Assembly (NCBI RefSeq): GCF_000981785.2
Contig: NZ_CP011304.1
Span: 960,001 to 992,000, forward strand
DNA length: 32,000 nt
From: Microcystis aeruginosa NIES-2549
Lineage (GTDB): Bacteria; Cyanobacteriota; Cyanobacteriia; Cyanobacteriales; Microcystaceae
Direction of reading: 5' to 3'
Shown here piece after piece: positions 7,276-16,095 of the stretch. The notes beneath the pieces are model-generated. The model was not told the DNA's origin. It searched no databases and worked only from the letters and a program-made list of their open reading frames with translations. A program made the translations under genes and the position numbers. Position 1 is the stretch's first letter; each line of letters begins with the position of its first letter.

Positions 7276-8681
7276 ATAATGCCCTTATCACAGGGATCGA
7301 GTTATCCTATCTACTCGCCGCCATTTTATTTATCATCGGTCTTAAACAATTATCTTCCCCCGCTACCGCCCGTCAAGGCAATTTTCTGGCTGCCATCGGG
7401 ATGCTAATCGCCGTTATTGCCACCTTAATCAATCAAGAAATCCTCAGCTATGGTTTAATCGCCGTGGCGTTGGTGATTGGCTCAATTATCGGCCTGGTTT
7501 CGGCGCAAAAAGTCCCGATGACGGCTATGCCCCAAATGGTGGCGATTTTTAACGGTTTAGGCGGTGCTGCCAGTGCTTTAATTGCCATGGGCGAATATTG
7601 GCGTTTACTGCAAAGTGGTGAAAATATTGCCTTTGACTCGATACTGATCGCTATTTTGGGTATATTGATCGGTGGTGTCACTTTTACCGGTAGTGTCCTC
7701 GCTTTTGCCAAATTACAGGAATTAATCAGTGGCGCGCCCGTAACTTTTCCTTTCCAACAACCCTTTAACATTCTCTTGCTACTCACCTTTTTAGGGGGTA
7801 GTGTCTATCTCTTTTTTGATCCCACCTCGATCGATGTTTTCCTGACCTTGGTGGCACTTTCCCTAATTTTCGGGGCTTTATTCGTGCTTCCCATCGGCGG
7901 CGGCGATATGCCCGTGGTTATCTCCCTCTTAAACTCTTTTTCGGGACTTGCCGCCAGCGTGGTCGGTTTTATCCTGATGAATAGTATGCTGATCATCGCC
8001 GGTGCTTTGGTGGGTGCGTCGGGGATTATCCTGACTCAGATCATGTGTAAAGCCATGAATCGATCGCTGGCTAGTGTACTATTTGGGGCATTTGGTACAG
8101 GTGCTAGTGCCGGAGGCGAAGCGAGCGCCACTTCTAGCCTTGATAAATCGGTTCATGCTATTGATTCAGAAGAAGGGGCAATGATGCTCGGTTATGCGCG
8201 TTCTGTGGTGATTGTACCCGGTTACGGCATGGCGGTGGCCCAAGCACAACACGCAGTGCGAGAATTGGCTGAACAGTTGGAAAAAAATGGCGTTGAGGTT
8301 AAATATGCTATTCACCCCGTGGCGGGAAGAATGCCCGGTCACATGAATGTATTACTGGCCGAAGCTAATGTTCCCTATCCGCAACTCTACGATATGGATG
8401 ATATTAATCCTGAGTTTGAGCGCGTCGATGTGGCCTTAATTATTGGGGCGAATGATGTGGTTAACCCCGCTGCCCGTCACGATAAAGCTAGTCCGATTTA
8501 TGGAATGCCAATCCTCGACGTGGATAAGGCACAGCACACGATCGTGATTAAGCGCAGTATGCGATCGGGTTTTGCCGGGGTAGAAAACGAATTATTCTAC
8601 AATCCCAAAACCTTTATGCTCTTTGGTAGCGCTCAAGATGTGGTAGCACAATTAGTATCACAAGTCAAGGATTTGTCATAA
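7272..8681 (+). CDS. pntB: NAD(P) transhydrogenase subunit beta (PntB)
   Basis: 469-aa ORF with an N-terminal polytopic membrane domain. The C-terminal dIII NADP(H) domain reads VPGYGMAVAQAQH..., AIHPVAGRMPGHMNVLLAEA, GANDVVNPAA. Confidence 0.92.
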   Translation: MNNALITGIELSYLLAAILFIIGLKQLSSPATARQGNFLAAIGMLIAVIATLINQEILSYGLIAVALVIGSIIGLVSAQKVPMTAMPQMVAIFNGLGGAASALIAMGEYWRLLQSGENIAFDSILIAILGILIGGVTFTGSVLAFAKLQELISGAPVTFPFQQPFNILLLLTFLGGSVYLFFDPTSIDVFLTLVALSLIFGALFVLPIGGGDMPVVISLLNSFSGLAASVVGFILMNSMLIIAGALVGASGIILTQIMCKAMNRSLASVLFGAFGTGASAGGEASATSSLDKSVHAIDSEEGAMMLGYARSVVIVPGYGMAVAQAQHAVRELAEQLEKNGVEVKYAIHPVAGRMPGHMNVLLAEANVPYPQLYDMDDINPEFERVDVALIIGANDVVNPAARHDKASPIYGMPILDVDKAQHTIVIKRSMRSGFAGVENELFYNPKTFMLFGSAQDVVAQLVSQVKDLS

Positions 8682-8695
8682 TTCTTAACAAATGG

Positions 8696-8723
8696 GACGG
8701 GGTTTTCACCCCGTCTTTTTTTT
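8696..8723 (+). terminator. Rho-independent terminator after pntB (may also serve the convergent gene)
   Basis: Stem gacgggg (8696-8702) / ccccgtc (8709-8715) with a 6-nt loop, followed by T8 (8716-8723). Confidence 0.7.
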
Positions 8724-8740
8724 ATCTGATTTTTCAGAGT

Positions 8741-8980
8741 TTAAAGATAATCAAGAACTAATTCCCCTTTGCTCACTTTTTCGGTAATTAAAGTTCTGAC
8801 TAACTCTAATTCTTCCAGGGTCACTTTACCATCAGACCTCATAGCTAGGGCGATTCTTTCCCTTTCCCCTTGAGTGATCACGCCATCAACACTAGCCTGT
8901 TCGATAATAGCTCGCAACTTTTCTAGTTCCTGATGTTCTTCTGCGGTTAATTCTACTTGATTAGGACGAGATATTTCCAT
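8741..8980 (-). CDS. Hypothetical 79-aa acidic helical protein
   Basis: I placed the start at the internal ATG (MEISRPNQ...) because an AAGGAG RBS lies about 8 nt upstream of it. The DG.IT..E repeat pattern is vaguely TerB/DjlA-N-like. No firm family call. Confidence 0.45.
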   Translation of the reverse strand: MEISRPNQVELTAEEHQELEKLRAIIEQASVDGVITQGERERIALAMRSDGKVTLEELELVRTLITEKVSKGELVLDYL

Positions 8981-9350
8981 AAAAATTTCTCCTTGAGTGA
9001 TCAATACAAACTTGATAATTTTTTTCTAAGTAGTAGAAGGCATGGCAGTTATCCCCAGTCAGGATCAGGAATTACGGACGATGCCTAATCAGTTTACACT
9101 TCATATTTGCTCGGAAACCCTCTCAACAAATACTTTTGTATTAAAAACATTAATAAAGCTGAGAGCCTTGACTATTGCCTCTGGTCTATTCCCTTGCCTC
9201 ACGGTTAACTTTAATTTTGTTCGACCACTTAGAGTTTGCCAATACATTATAGCAGTTATCTTAATGGTGAGAGACAGGCTGTAGTATAACTTTGTCTCTT
9301 TGTGCTTGAGGAAAAAAAGCTGTCTTGTCCCCTCCAGAATCGAGGTTAAT

Positions 9351-9870
9351 TTAATCTAATTCTACCCCCAAGGCTCGCAATTTTGCCTCTAGTATTTGCC
9401 CTCGTTGTTCATCGGTTTCTGCCCGTTTTTGCACTTGCTTGAGTTTCTTTCCTAACTCTACAAAAGTCAAAAATCCCTCGCCATCCGGTTGACAAATCTG
9501 ACAATCTTCTGCGGATAAAAGAGGGCTAACCCAATTATCCATCACTTCGATAATTTCTAGGTTAGACTTCCTCGCTTGCCAACCACTAAGATGATTGCGA
9601 ACGGTATCGTAAAGATAAGTACCTAAGCAAAATTAATTACACATTTCGATAAAGCTTTTGCCTTTTGCCTCTTGCCTTTTGCCTATCTTCACTAGGAAAT
9701 TTATTTTGCACGACTACTTAGTATTCCAAGACTCCGTATTTCTGATAGACATCTAACTTTTTGATCATTTCTTTCCAAGGGCCGTATGAGGAGAAATTCT
9801 CATGTACGGTTCCGAATAGGAGGGGATGGGGGCGACTCTATTCTCGACCCCTAATAATTTCCCTGTTATT
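9351..9870 (-). pseudogene. Uma2 (DUF820)-family endonuclease remnant, 5'-truncated and split by a MITE
   Basis: The minus-strand translation on either side of the MITE reads ...KKLDVYQKYGVLEY | YLYDTVRNHLSGWQ...FLTFVELGKKLKQVQKRAETDEQRGQILEAKLRALGVELD. This matches the Uma2 core (K.D.Y...GV.EYW) and the coiled C-terminal tail seen in cyanobacterial members. There is no start codon, and a stop lies upstream at about 9870. Confidence 0.6.
9618..9718. mobile_element. 101-bp MITE (family 2) with TA target-site duplication and an internal (TTTTGCC)n array
   Basis: TA occurs at 9616-9617 and 9719-9720. The TIR is agtacctaagcaaaat / reverse complement agtagtcgtgcaaaat. A second 101-bp copy lies at 12281-12381. 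Confidence 0.8.
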
Positions 9871-9907
9871 ATCATTTTTATCTAGCCGACGGCTGACTGC
9901 TTCAAGA

Positions 9908-10408
9908 TCACTGATCACTAAAATCACCGCGACGTTGGATCAGGTCTGAGGGGCTAAGATTGGAGACGAAATTGCGGAAAGCTTGACGTTCCTCTTCATC
10001 TGCGTCACGATCAACAGGAATAGAAGCCGAAGCGATCACTTCTTCCATTACCCAGACAGGACTGTTGGTACGCAGGGCAATAGCGATCGCATCACTGGGA
10101 CGACAATCGATTTCTTTTTTGACTTCGCCGCGCTGGAGACAGAGGACAGCATAAAAAGTATTATCTTGGAGAGAATGGATGATAATCTTTTCTAAATCCA
10201 TGTCCCAAGCTTTAAAAATATTAGCGATCAAATCGTGGGTGAGGGGACGAGGGGACTTTTGTTGTTCGAGGACGGTCATAATGGCCTTAGCCTGATCTTG
10301 TCCGATGTAGATAGGTAGGGCGCGACGCTCGGAACCATCCTTCAGCAGTACAATGGGACTGCGAGTGATAGCGTCTAGGGCAATTCCAGCGACTTTCATT
10401 TCGATCAT
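9908..10408 (-). CDS. Bifunctional nuclease (BFN/DUF151) family protein
   Basis: MKVAGIALDAITRSPIVLLKD...RALPIYIGQDQAKAI...RPLTHDL...FYAVL...IDCRPSDAIAIAL is the characteristic BFN domain pattern. Confidence 0.85.
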   Translation of the reverse strand: MIEMKVAGIALDAITRSPIVLLKDGSERRALPIYIGQDQAKAIMTVLEQQKSPRPLTHDLIANIFKAWDMDLEKIIIHSLQDNTFYAVLCLQRGEVKKEIDCRPSDAIAIALRTNSPVWVMEEVIASASIPVDRDADEEERQAFRNFVSNLSPSDLIQRRGDFSDQ

Positions 10409-10564
10409 GACTATGGCTTCTCCAAGATAGAGATTCAGCTAGGGAAGGAGTGGGAAAGCAACCTGAATAATATAGTGCTTCGTTACACTCACAGTATGCC
10501 CTAAGATGGCAGAGATTAGCCTCATCTTTAATGAAAAAAATACATCAGCTGCCGTCAGGCTTGA

Positions 10565-10707
10565 ATCAGTGATCAGTAATCAGTAATCAGTAATCAGTAT
10601 TCTCCGAGTCGGGAGTCAGTATTCAGGAGATTGCTTTTATTTATTCTCCCCACACCCTACACCCTACACCCCACACCCTACACCCTACACCCTACACCCC
10701 ACACCCC
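10565..10707 (-). repeat. Composite repeat module (inverted polarity): (ATCAGTA)x5, (GGAGTC-like), linker, then (CCCYACA)x8.5
   Basis: Read and counted directly. The reverse complement of 10600-10651 is GGGGAGAATAAATAAAAGCAATCTCCTGAATACTGACTCCCGACTC. Confidence 0.95.
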
Positions 10708-10776
10708 AAATAAATTACTTAATTTGTGCTATGATAATAGTTTTGGGATAAATTTAAATAGGAGCAGACCGTCTGT

Positions 10777-11385
10777 ATGTCTCGTTATAGAGGACCGCGC
10801 TTGCGCGTTGTGCGTCGTTTAGGGGAATTACCGGGCCTAACCCGTAAAAATGCCCGTCGTGCCTATGCACCCGGGCAACATGGCCAGGCCCGCAAAAAAC
10901 GTTCAGAATATGCCATTCGTCTAGAAGAAAAACAAAAACTGCGTTTTAACTACGGTGTCAGCGAAAAACAATTAGTTCGCTATGTCCGCAAAGCTCGCCG
11001 GGCTACTGGTTCCACCGGTCAGGTGCTGCTGCAACTCTTAGAAATGCGTCTGGATAATACCGTTTTCCGTCTCGGTATGGCTGGGACAATTCCGGGGGCG
11101 CGACAATTAGTCAATCACGGTCACGTCACCGTTAACGGTAGAGTTGTGGATATTGCCAGTTATCAGTGCCGTCCGGGTGATGTGATTGGAGTTAGAAATC
11201 AAGAGCGTTCCCAAGATCTAGTCAAAAGAAATATGGAATACCCCGGTTTAGCCAACCTGCCGAGTCATTTGGAATTTGACAAAAACACCCTTGTGGGCAA
11301 AGTGAATGGCGTTGTGGAAAGAGAATGGATTGCCCTCTCGATTAATGAACTGTTAGTAGTGGAATACTACTCTCGGAAAGTCTAG
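10777..11385 (+). CDS. rpsD: 30S ribosomal protein S4
   Basis: [22 protein letters not shown]...[11 protein letters not shown]...[10 protein letters not shown]...[19 protein letters not shown] is an unmistakable S4 sequence. An AGGAG RBS lies upstream. Confidence 0.97.
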   Translation: MSRYRGPRLRVVRRLGELPGLTRKNARRAYAPGQHGQARKKRSEYAIRLEEKQKLRFNYGVSEKQLVRYVRKARRATGSTGQVLLQLLEMRLDNTVFRLGMAGTIPGARQLVNHGHVTVNGRVVDIASYQCRPGDVIGVRNQERSQDLVKRNMEYPGLANLPSHLEFDKNTLVGKVNGVVEREWIALSINELLVVEYYSRKV

Positions 11386-11411
11386 GAAAAAAGCCTTTTC
11401 CAGATACCTTG

Positions 11412-11442
11412 AGGACGCAATTGGCAGCGTCCTTATTTTATT
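11412..11442 (+). terminator. Rho-independent terminator candidate after rpsD
   Basis: Stem aggacgc (11412-11418) / gcgtcct (11427-11433) with an 8-nt loop, followed by tattttatt. Confidence 0.6.
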
Positions 11443-11548
11443 GGTTAAATTTAGTGTTTTTGATTGTATATAGGGCTGGCTAATACTAAATCCTGTTTAA
11501 AAGTGATAGGTCAGAGTCAGTCAAAAATGGCTCCTTGAGAAGGTATCT

Positions 11549-11693
11549 GGCTCTTTTGGGTTTGGTGGGTAAAATGTATTCTAAGATAAGGTCTTGCCAG
11601 CGGGGGAGTGGAACGAACCACAAAGACACAAAGGACACAAAGATTGATCGCTCCTATATACGTTAAACTTATCACACAAAGAATAAGAGAGCC
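11549..11693. mobile_element. 145-bp MITE (family 1), second copy, inverted relative to 5030-5173
   Basis: Its reverse complement aligns along its length with 5030-5173. It is flanked by the near-identical 7-mers GGTATCT (11542-11548) and AGTATCT (11694-11700). Confidence 0.8.
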
Positions 11694-11815
11694 AGTATCT
11701 GTATGGAGTGAAACTTATCATCGTCAATGTTACTGACTGCTTGATACCTCCCCTGAACGGTTACAGTTAAGAGAGTAGTCCGTTAGCACCCACTTCTAAA
11801 TGGGATATTATCAAC

Positions 11816-12268
11816 ATGAAAACTAAATTATCTCAGCTTTATGAAACTGATTTTAATTTGTGGCTTGAGCAAACCGTAAATCACTTAAAAAAGGGCAATT
11901 TACAAGCCCTTGATTTAGATAACTTAATCGAAGAAATATCCGATATGGGACGTAATAATAGACGGGAGGTATTCAGTCGTTTAAAAGTTCTATTGATCCA
12001 CTTACTTAAATGGCAATATCAACCGGAAAAACGGACTAATAGCTGGATAAATACCATTGATGAGCAAAGAGAACAATTAGAGCTTATTTTAAGGGATAGT
12101 CCTAGCTTAAAACCCTATTTAGCCGATATTTTCGCAGAATGTTATCAAAAAGCAGTGCGAGGGATGGTAAATGAAACTAATTTACCAAAAGAAACTTTTC
12201 TGGTTGATTGTCCTTTTAGCCAAGAACCGGTTTTAAATTGGGATTATCTTCCTGAAAATAGCTTTTGA
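11816..12268 (+). CDS. DUF29 domain-containing protein
   Basis: LYETDFNLWLEQTVNHLKKGNLQALDLDNLIEEISDMGRNNRREVFSRLKVLLIHLLKWQYQPEKR is the typical DUF29 signature, a family abundant in cyanobacteria. Confidence 0.8.
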   Translation: MKTKLSQLYETDFNLWLEQTVNHLKKGNLQALDLDNLIEEISDMGRNNRREVFSRLKVLLIHLLKWQYQPEKRTNSWINTIDEQREQLELILRDSPSLKPYLADIFAECYQKAVRGMVNETNLPKETFLVDCPFSQEPVLNWDYLPENSF

Positions 12269-12280
12269 ACAATAGATATA

Positions 12281-12381
12281 AGTACCTAAGCAAAATTAAT
12301 TACACATATCTAACTACCTTTTGCCTTTTGCCTTTTGCCTTTTGCCTATCCTAACCAAGAAGTTAATTTTGTCCTATTACT
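12281..12381. mobile_element. 101-bp MITE (family 2), second copy, TA-flanked
   Basis: TA occurs at 12279-12280 and 12382-12383. It has the same ends as 9618-9718 and an internal (TTTTGCC)x4. Confidence 0.8.
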
Positions 12382-12411
12382 TAGCAGTTTTATGATAAAA
12401 TTGCCCTGCTG

Positions 12412-13668
12412 TCAAGACTGATTTTTTTCTTGCCAAATAGCTAAAGCCATTTGATGAACAAATCGCCAAGGTAGATGATGCTGACGGGCAATAGCGGCAC
12501 AATCTTCGTATTCTGGTTGTACGGTAATCGGTTGATTAATTGACTCTTTGTAGGCAACTTTTAGCCGAATTTGGCCATAGACAGTATCGATCAATTGTAT
12601 TTCTCTTTTTAAGATCGATCGCTCTTGAATTGTCCTTCTAATGCCTAAAGTTGTGGTTTCCTGAAAGATCATATTTTCACAAATAGCAATTTTATCCAAG
12701 GCACAAATTACTGTCAAAAGTATTCCCAAACGGGATTTTTTCATAGTAATTGCTTGACTAAATACATCCAAAGCACCCACTTGTAATAAAGACTCGCTTA
12801 AGTAGGCGATCGCTTGCGGATTTAAGTCATCAATTTGAGTTTCTAAAACTGCCACAGTTTCGCTTTCATCTAGCTTTTCTGGTGTTTTTTTCCCTAACCA
12901 AAGCCGGACAAGATTGGGAATCGGTAAATCTTTTGTACCTGCCCCTAAACCGACCTTTTCTAACTGCATTTCCGGCGGTTTACCGAAACTTTTAGCTAAA
13001 GTTGTCACAATAGCTGCCCCCGTGGGTGTTACTAACTCCGCTTCGATGCCATTACTATAAATTGTGACTTGTCGCTGGCTGAACAATTGTACTACTGCTG
13101 GCACGGGAACTGGTAAACGACCATGGGCGGCCTGAACTGTACCGCCGCCGGTGGGTAGAGAAGAACAGTATAATTCACTCACCGATAGCCAGTCCAAACC
13201 CAAACAAGTCCCGACGATATCAATAATGGCATCGGTTGCCCCGACTTCGTGAAAATGCACTTTTTCCGGCGCGATCCCGTGAACGGCTCCTTCTGCGATC
13301 GCAAGTTGTTGAAAAACCGCTAAACTCCATTCTTGGACTTTCTGGGGTAAATTTGCCTGTTTAATTAAATTTTCAATCTCCGGTAAATGACGAGCGGGGG
13401 TATGATGATGATGGTGGTGATGATCAGCGGACTTCTCGGCAGTGACATCGACGTGAACCTTAGTAGCAATTTGACCGCGACGATGCACTTTTTCGGCTCT
13501 TAACTGATATTCATCCTCAATTCCTAAAGTTTTTAGTTGTGCAATCAGGTATTCTAAGGGGACTCCTAAATCTACTAACGCCCCTAAACACATATCCCCG
13601 GCAATTCCCGTGGGACAATCCCAATAGGCGACGATTTTGCTATCATGGCTACTATTTACTCTCTCCAT
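12412..13668 (-). CDS. larC: Nickel-pincer cofactor biosynthesis protein LarC (DUF111, Ni insertion/cyclometallase)
   Basis: [24 protein letters not shown] is the DUF111 N-terminus. There is a His-rich stretch [14 protein letters not shown], then [17 protein letters not shown] placed the start at the ATG at 13668 ([18 protein letters not shown]), because family N-termini begin just before the YxDC motif. Confidence 0.85.
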   Translation of the reverse strand: MERVNSSHDSKIVAYWDCPTGIAGDMCLGALVDLGVPLEYLIAQLKTLGIEDEYQLRAEKVHRRGQIATKVHVDVTAEKSADHHHHHHHTPARHLPEIENLIKQANLPQKVQEWSLAVFQQLAIAEGAVHGIAPEKVHFHEVGATDAIIDIVGTCLGLDWLSVSELYCSSLPTGGGTVQAAHGRLPVPVPAVVQLFSQRQVTIYSNGIEAELVTPTGAAIVTTLAKSFGKPPEMQLEKVGLGAGTKDLPIPNLVRLWLGKKTPEKLDESETVAVLETQIDDLNPQAIAYLSESLLQVGALDVFSQAITMKKSRLGILLTVICALDKIAICENMIFQETTTLGIRRTIQERSILKREIQLIDTVYGQIRLKVAYKESINQPITVQPEYEDCAAIARQHHLPWRFVHQMALAIWQEKNQS

Positions 13669-14286
13669 CCCGAAAATCCCCAACAACGTTCTATCCAAGA
13701 AATCTGTCATGCCCTGAAAAACGGGGCAATTATGCTTTATCCTACCGATACCGTCTATGCGATCGGTTGCGATCTCAATGTGAAATCCGCCGTCGAACGA
13801 GTTCGCCAAATCAAGCAACTATCTAATGATAAACCCTTGACGTTTCTCTGTTCTTCTTTGTCGAATATTTCTGAGTACGCAGTGGTCAGCGATTATGCCT
13901 ATAAGATTATGCGACGAGTCATACCCGGTCCCTACACTTTTCTCTTACCGGCGACTAAATTAGTGCCGAAAGTGGTGATGAATCCGAAGCGGAAAACTAC
14001 CGGTATCCGGGTTCCCGATCACGTTATCTGTCGCACTATTATCGAAACCCTAGAAAATCCCATTATCTCTAGTTCTGCCCATCTTCCCGATGAGGAGGGA
14101 GATTTTCCCACCAAGGGATTAGAATCCGCTAGGTTATTCGATGCCCTCGATCATATAGTTGATTTAATTATCGAAGATGGTTCGGCTCCCGGTTCGGAAG
14201 TGTCAACCATTGTTGATTTTACCGGCGATCAACCGGAGATTGTGCGTCAAGGTTTGGGTTGGCCGGAATTACAACAATGGTTATAA
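13645..14286 (+). CDS. tsaC: L-threonylcarbamoyladenylate synthase-type protein (TsaC/YrdC/Sua5 family)
   Basis: Matches the YrdC-domain pattern: [52 protein letters not shown]. Confidence 0.8.
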   Translation: MATIYSLHPENPQQRSIQEICHALKNGAIMLYPTDTVYAIGCDLNVKSAVERVRQIKQLSNDKPLTFLCSSLSNISEYAVVSDYAYKIMRRVIPGPYTFLLPATKLVPKVVMNPKRKTTGIRVPDHVICRTIIETLENPIISSSAHLPDEEGDFPTKGLESARLFDALDHIVDLIIEDGSAPGSEVSTIVDFTGDQPEIVRQGLGWPELQQWL

Positions 14287-14290
14287 CGAA

Positions 14291-14441
14291 GGCAAAAGGC
14301 AAAAGGCAAAAGGCAAAAGGCAAAAGGCAAAAGGCAAAAGGCAGCTTTGTTCTCCCCACACCCCACACCCCACACCCCACACCCCACACCCCACACCCCA
14401 CACCCCACAACTTCCCACTGATAACTGATAACTGATAACTG
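14291..14441 (-). repeat. Triple heptamer array: (GGCAAAA)x7, GCAGCTTTGTTCT, (CCCCACA)x8, ACTTCCC, (ACTGATA)x3.5
   Basis: Counted directly. It starts 4 nt after the tsaC stop codon. Confidence 0.95.
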
Positions 14442-14553
14442 TATCGGTTATTGCGACTTTTTATTTCCTGAAAACCGCCTTGTGGAAGTCAAGTTAGTTG
14501 CTTAAGATGGAGATAATCGCAGTCAGAGAAAACCTCTCAAGGAAATTATTACT

Positions 14554-14964
14554 ATGGCTTTCACTCTTTATTCTCCCTTCCTAGAAATTAATTCTGTCCA
14601 ACGTCAAATCGATCAACTTTTTCAAGAAGTATTACCGACAACTTTATCGGTATCTCGTCCCCCGGTGGAAATCTCTGTTAACGAGGATTCCGTGGAATTA
14701 AAAATCGAATTACCCGGTGTGGATATTAAAGATATCGATGTGGAGGTTAGCAAACAAATGGTGGCTATTAATGGGCAACGTCAACGCCCTGCCGAGGTGG
14801 AAAACAGCGAATTTTATTATGGTAAATTTAGTCGCTTGATTACCCTGCCAGTGGAGGTGCAAAATAGCCAAGTTACCGCTAACTATCAAAACGGTATTCT
14901 TTCTCTCACCCTCCCGAAAGCGGTGGCAGAAAAAAATAAAGTGGTGAAAGTTAATCTTGGTTAG
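14554..14964 (+). CDS. hspA: Hsp20/alpha-crystallin small heat-shock protein
   Basis: 136-aa ORF with an alpha-crystallin domain pattern (VELKIELPGVDIKDIDVEV..., GKFSRLITLP, ANYQNGILSLTLPK). Confidence 0.9.
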   Translation: MAFTLYSPFLEINSVQRQIDQLFQEVLPTTLSVSRPPVEISVNEDSVELKIELPGVDIKDIDVEVSKQMVAINGQRQRPAEVENSEFYYGKFSRLITLPVEVQNSQVTANYQNGILSLTLPKAVAEKNKVVKVNLG

Positions 14965-14973
14965 ATGAGAAAA

Positions 14974-15008
14974 AGACTGGAGAAATTCTCCAGTCTTTGG
15001 TTTTATTT
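14974..15008 (+). terminator. Rho-independent terminator between convergent hspA and hpf
   Basis: 9-bp stem agactggag (14974-14982) / ctccagtct (14988-14996) with a 5-nt loop, followed by ttggttttattt. Confidence 0.7.
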
Positions 15009-15022
15009 GCAGTCGCTAACTG

Positions 15023-15622
15023 TTAATGGGATTCTTTGCCATTTAGGTTGACGGGACGGGGCTGAATAACACCAAAACCGCCGTGATTGCGTTGATAGAT
15101 AACGTTGATTTCGTTCGTGTCTTTGTTGCAGAACATAAAGAAATCGTGATCGACTAATTGCAATTGTGTTAGTGCCTCCTCAATAGTCATCGGTGGCATG
15201 GCAAAGTATTTCATCCGCACTACTTCCGCAGGTAATTCGGGAGTGCGATCACCAATTAGGCTATCATCTAAGGGTTTCTCTTGCACCACCTCGCTAGTTT
15301 TAACGGTGGCGTGGGTGCGATGATCCACCAATCTTTCTTTATACTTGCGGAGTTGACGAGCGATTTTATCAGAAACTAAATCAATACTTGCGTACAAATT
15401 TTCGCTTCCTTCTTGAGCGCGAATCACTGTTCCATTAGCATAAACCGTCACTTCCGCTTTGTGGCGATCAGGAATGCGTGCATTCTTTTCCACGGAGAGG
15501 TGAACATCGACTTTTGTGGTTATGCCGTTAAAATGTTTCACCGCTTTCTCCAGCTTTTGTTCCACATAATCATGAATAGGTTCGGTGACAGCGATATTAT
15601 TGCCCTGAATCAATAGCTTCAT
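15023..15622 (-). CDS. hpf: Ribosome hibernation promoting factor, long form (LrtA/HPF)
   Basis: [31 protein letters not shown]...[18 protein letters not shown]...[22 protein letters not shown], followed by the long-HPF C-terminal domain. I chose the ATG at 15622 because a GGAG lies 8 nt upstream. The ORF-track start at 15628 is GTG. Confidence 0.92.
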   Translation of the reverse strand: MKLLIQGNNIAVTEPIHDYVEQKLEKAVKHFNGITTKVDVHLSVEKNARIPDRHKAEVTVYANGTVIRAQEGSENLYASIDLVSDKIARQLRKYKERLVDHRTHATVKTSEVVQEKPLDDSLIGDRTPELPAEVVRMKYFAMPPMTIEEALTQLQLVDHDFFMFCNKDTNEINVIYQRNHGGFGVIQPRPVNLNGKESH

Positions 15623-16095
15623 ACTCACTACTCCATCTAAAAATTTTGCTATAGACCGTCCACATCAACTATTTTTAAGGGATGTTGATGCTAGGAATTT
15701 AATCCTCAAAAACCTGCTCGATCACGCTGTTGTTAGAGGTCACAGTCTAGATATTGTCGGTGTTCTCTTTCTCTTTTTTTTGTCGGATCGCGCGGAAAAT
15801 TCATCGGGTCGAGCGCCTATTTGCAACTGGATTTATCTACCTCTATTCTAACAAGTTTCTGCAAAGCTTCTCTTAACAGAAGTGCGAAGTTCTGTTAACT
15901 TTTATTTAAAGAAACCGATTTTGGCCGCCAGCAAGGGAATCCGGTGATTGTTTCTCCTGTGCGACGGTTAACATCCGAATAGATGGGATATCCTTAGATT
16001 AGCACTTAGTATTCTCCCCGACATATATATCTTCCCTTCTTTTAATCTTCCTTTGCGCTCTTTTACATTTCTTAAATATTTTGACAAATCTCGCA

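Noticed and set aside
5769-7996. Multiple antisense or alternative-frame ORFs inside pntAA, pntAB and pntB (5769-5993, 6048-6296, 6113-6301, 6578-6805, 6972-7253, 7448-7786, 7805-7996)
   Set aside because: All lie opposite or out of frame to strongly supported transhydrogenase coding sequence. Their compositions are those of reverse-frame artefacts.
9042-10195. ORFs 9042-9284(+), 9761-9949(+) and 9983-10195(+)
   Set aside because: The first lies in AT-rich non-coding DNA with no RBS or motif. The second is antisense to the Uma2 remnant. The third is antisense to the bifunctional nuclease gene.
13669-13818. 50-codon N-terminal extension of the larC ORF as listed in the ORF track (start at 13818)
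   Set aside because: The extension is antisense to the conserved N-terminal YrdC domain of the tsaC-like gene. It has no similarity to LarC N-termini, which begin just before the Y.DC..G.SGDM motif. The ATG at 13668 is preferred.
14463-14546. Possible RNA thermometer in the hspA leader (ATTTCCT at 14463-14469 complementary to the SD-region AGGAAAT at 14540-14546)
   Set aside because: This is 7 nt of complementarity 70 nt apart in AT-rich sequence, well within chance. I could not draw a convincing SD-sequestering hairpin by eye. It needs folding software and conservation before it can be claimed.
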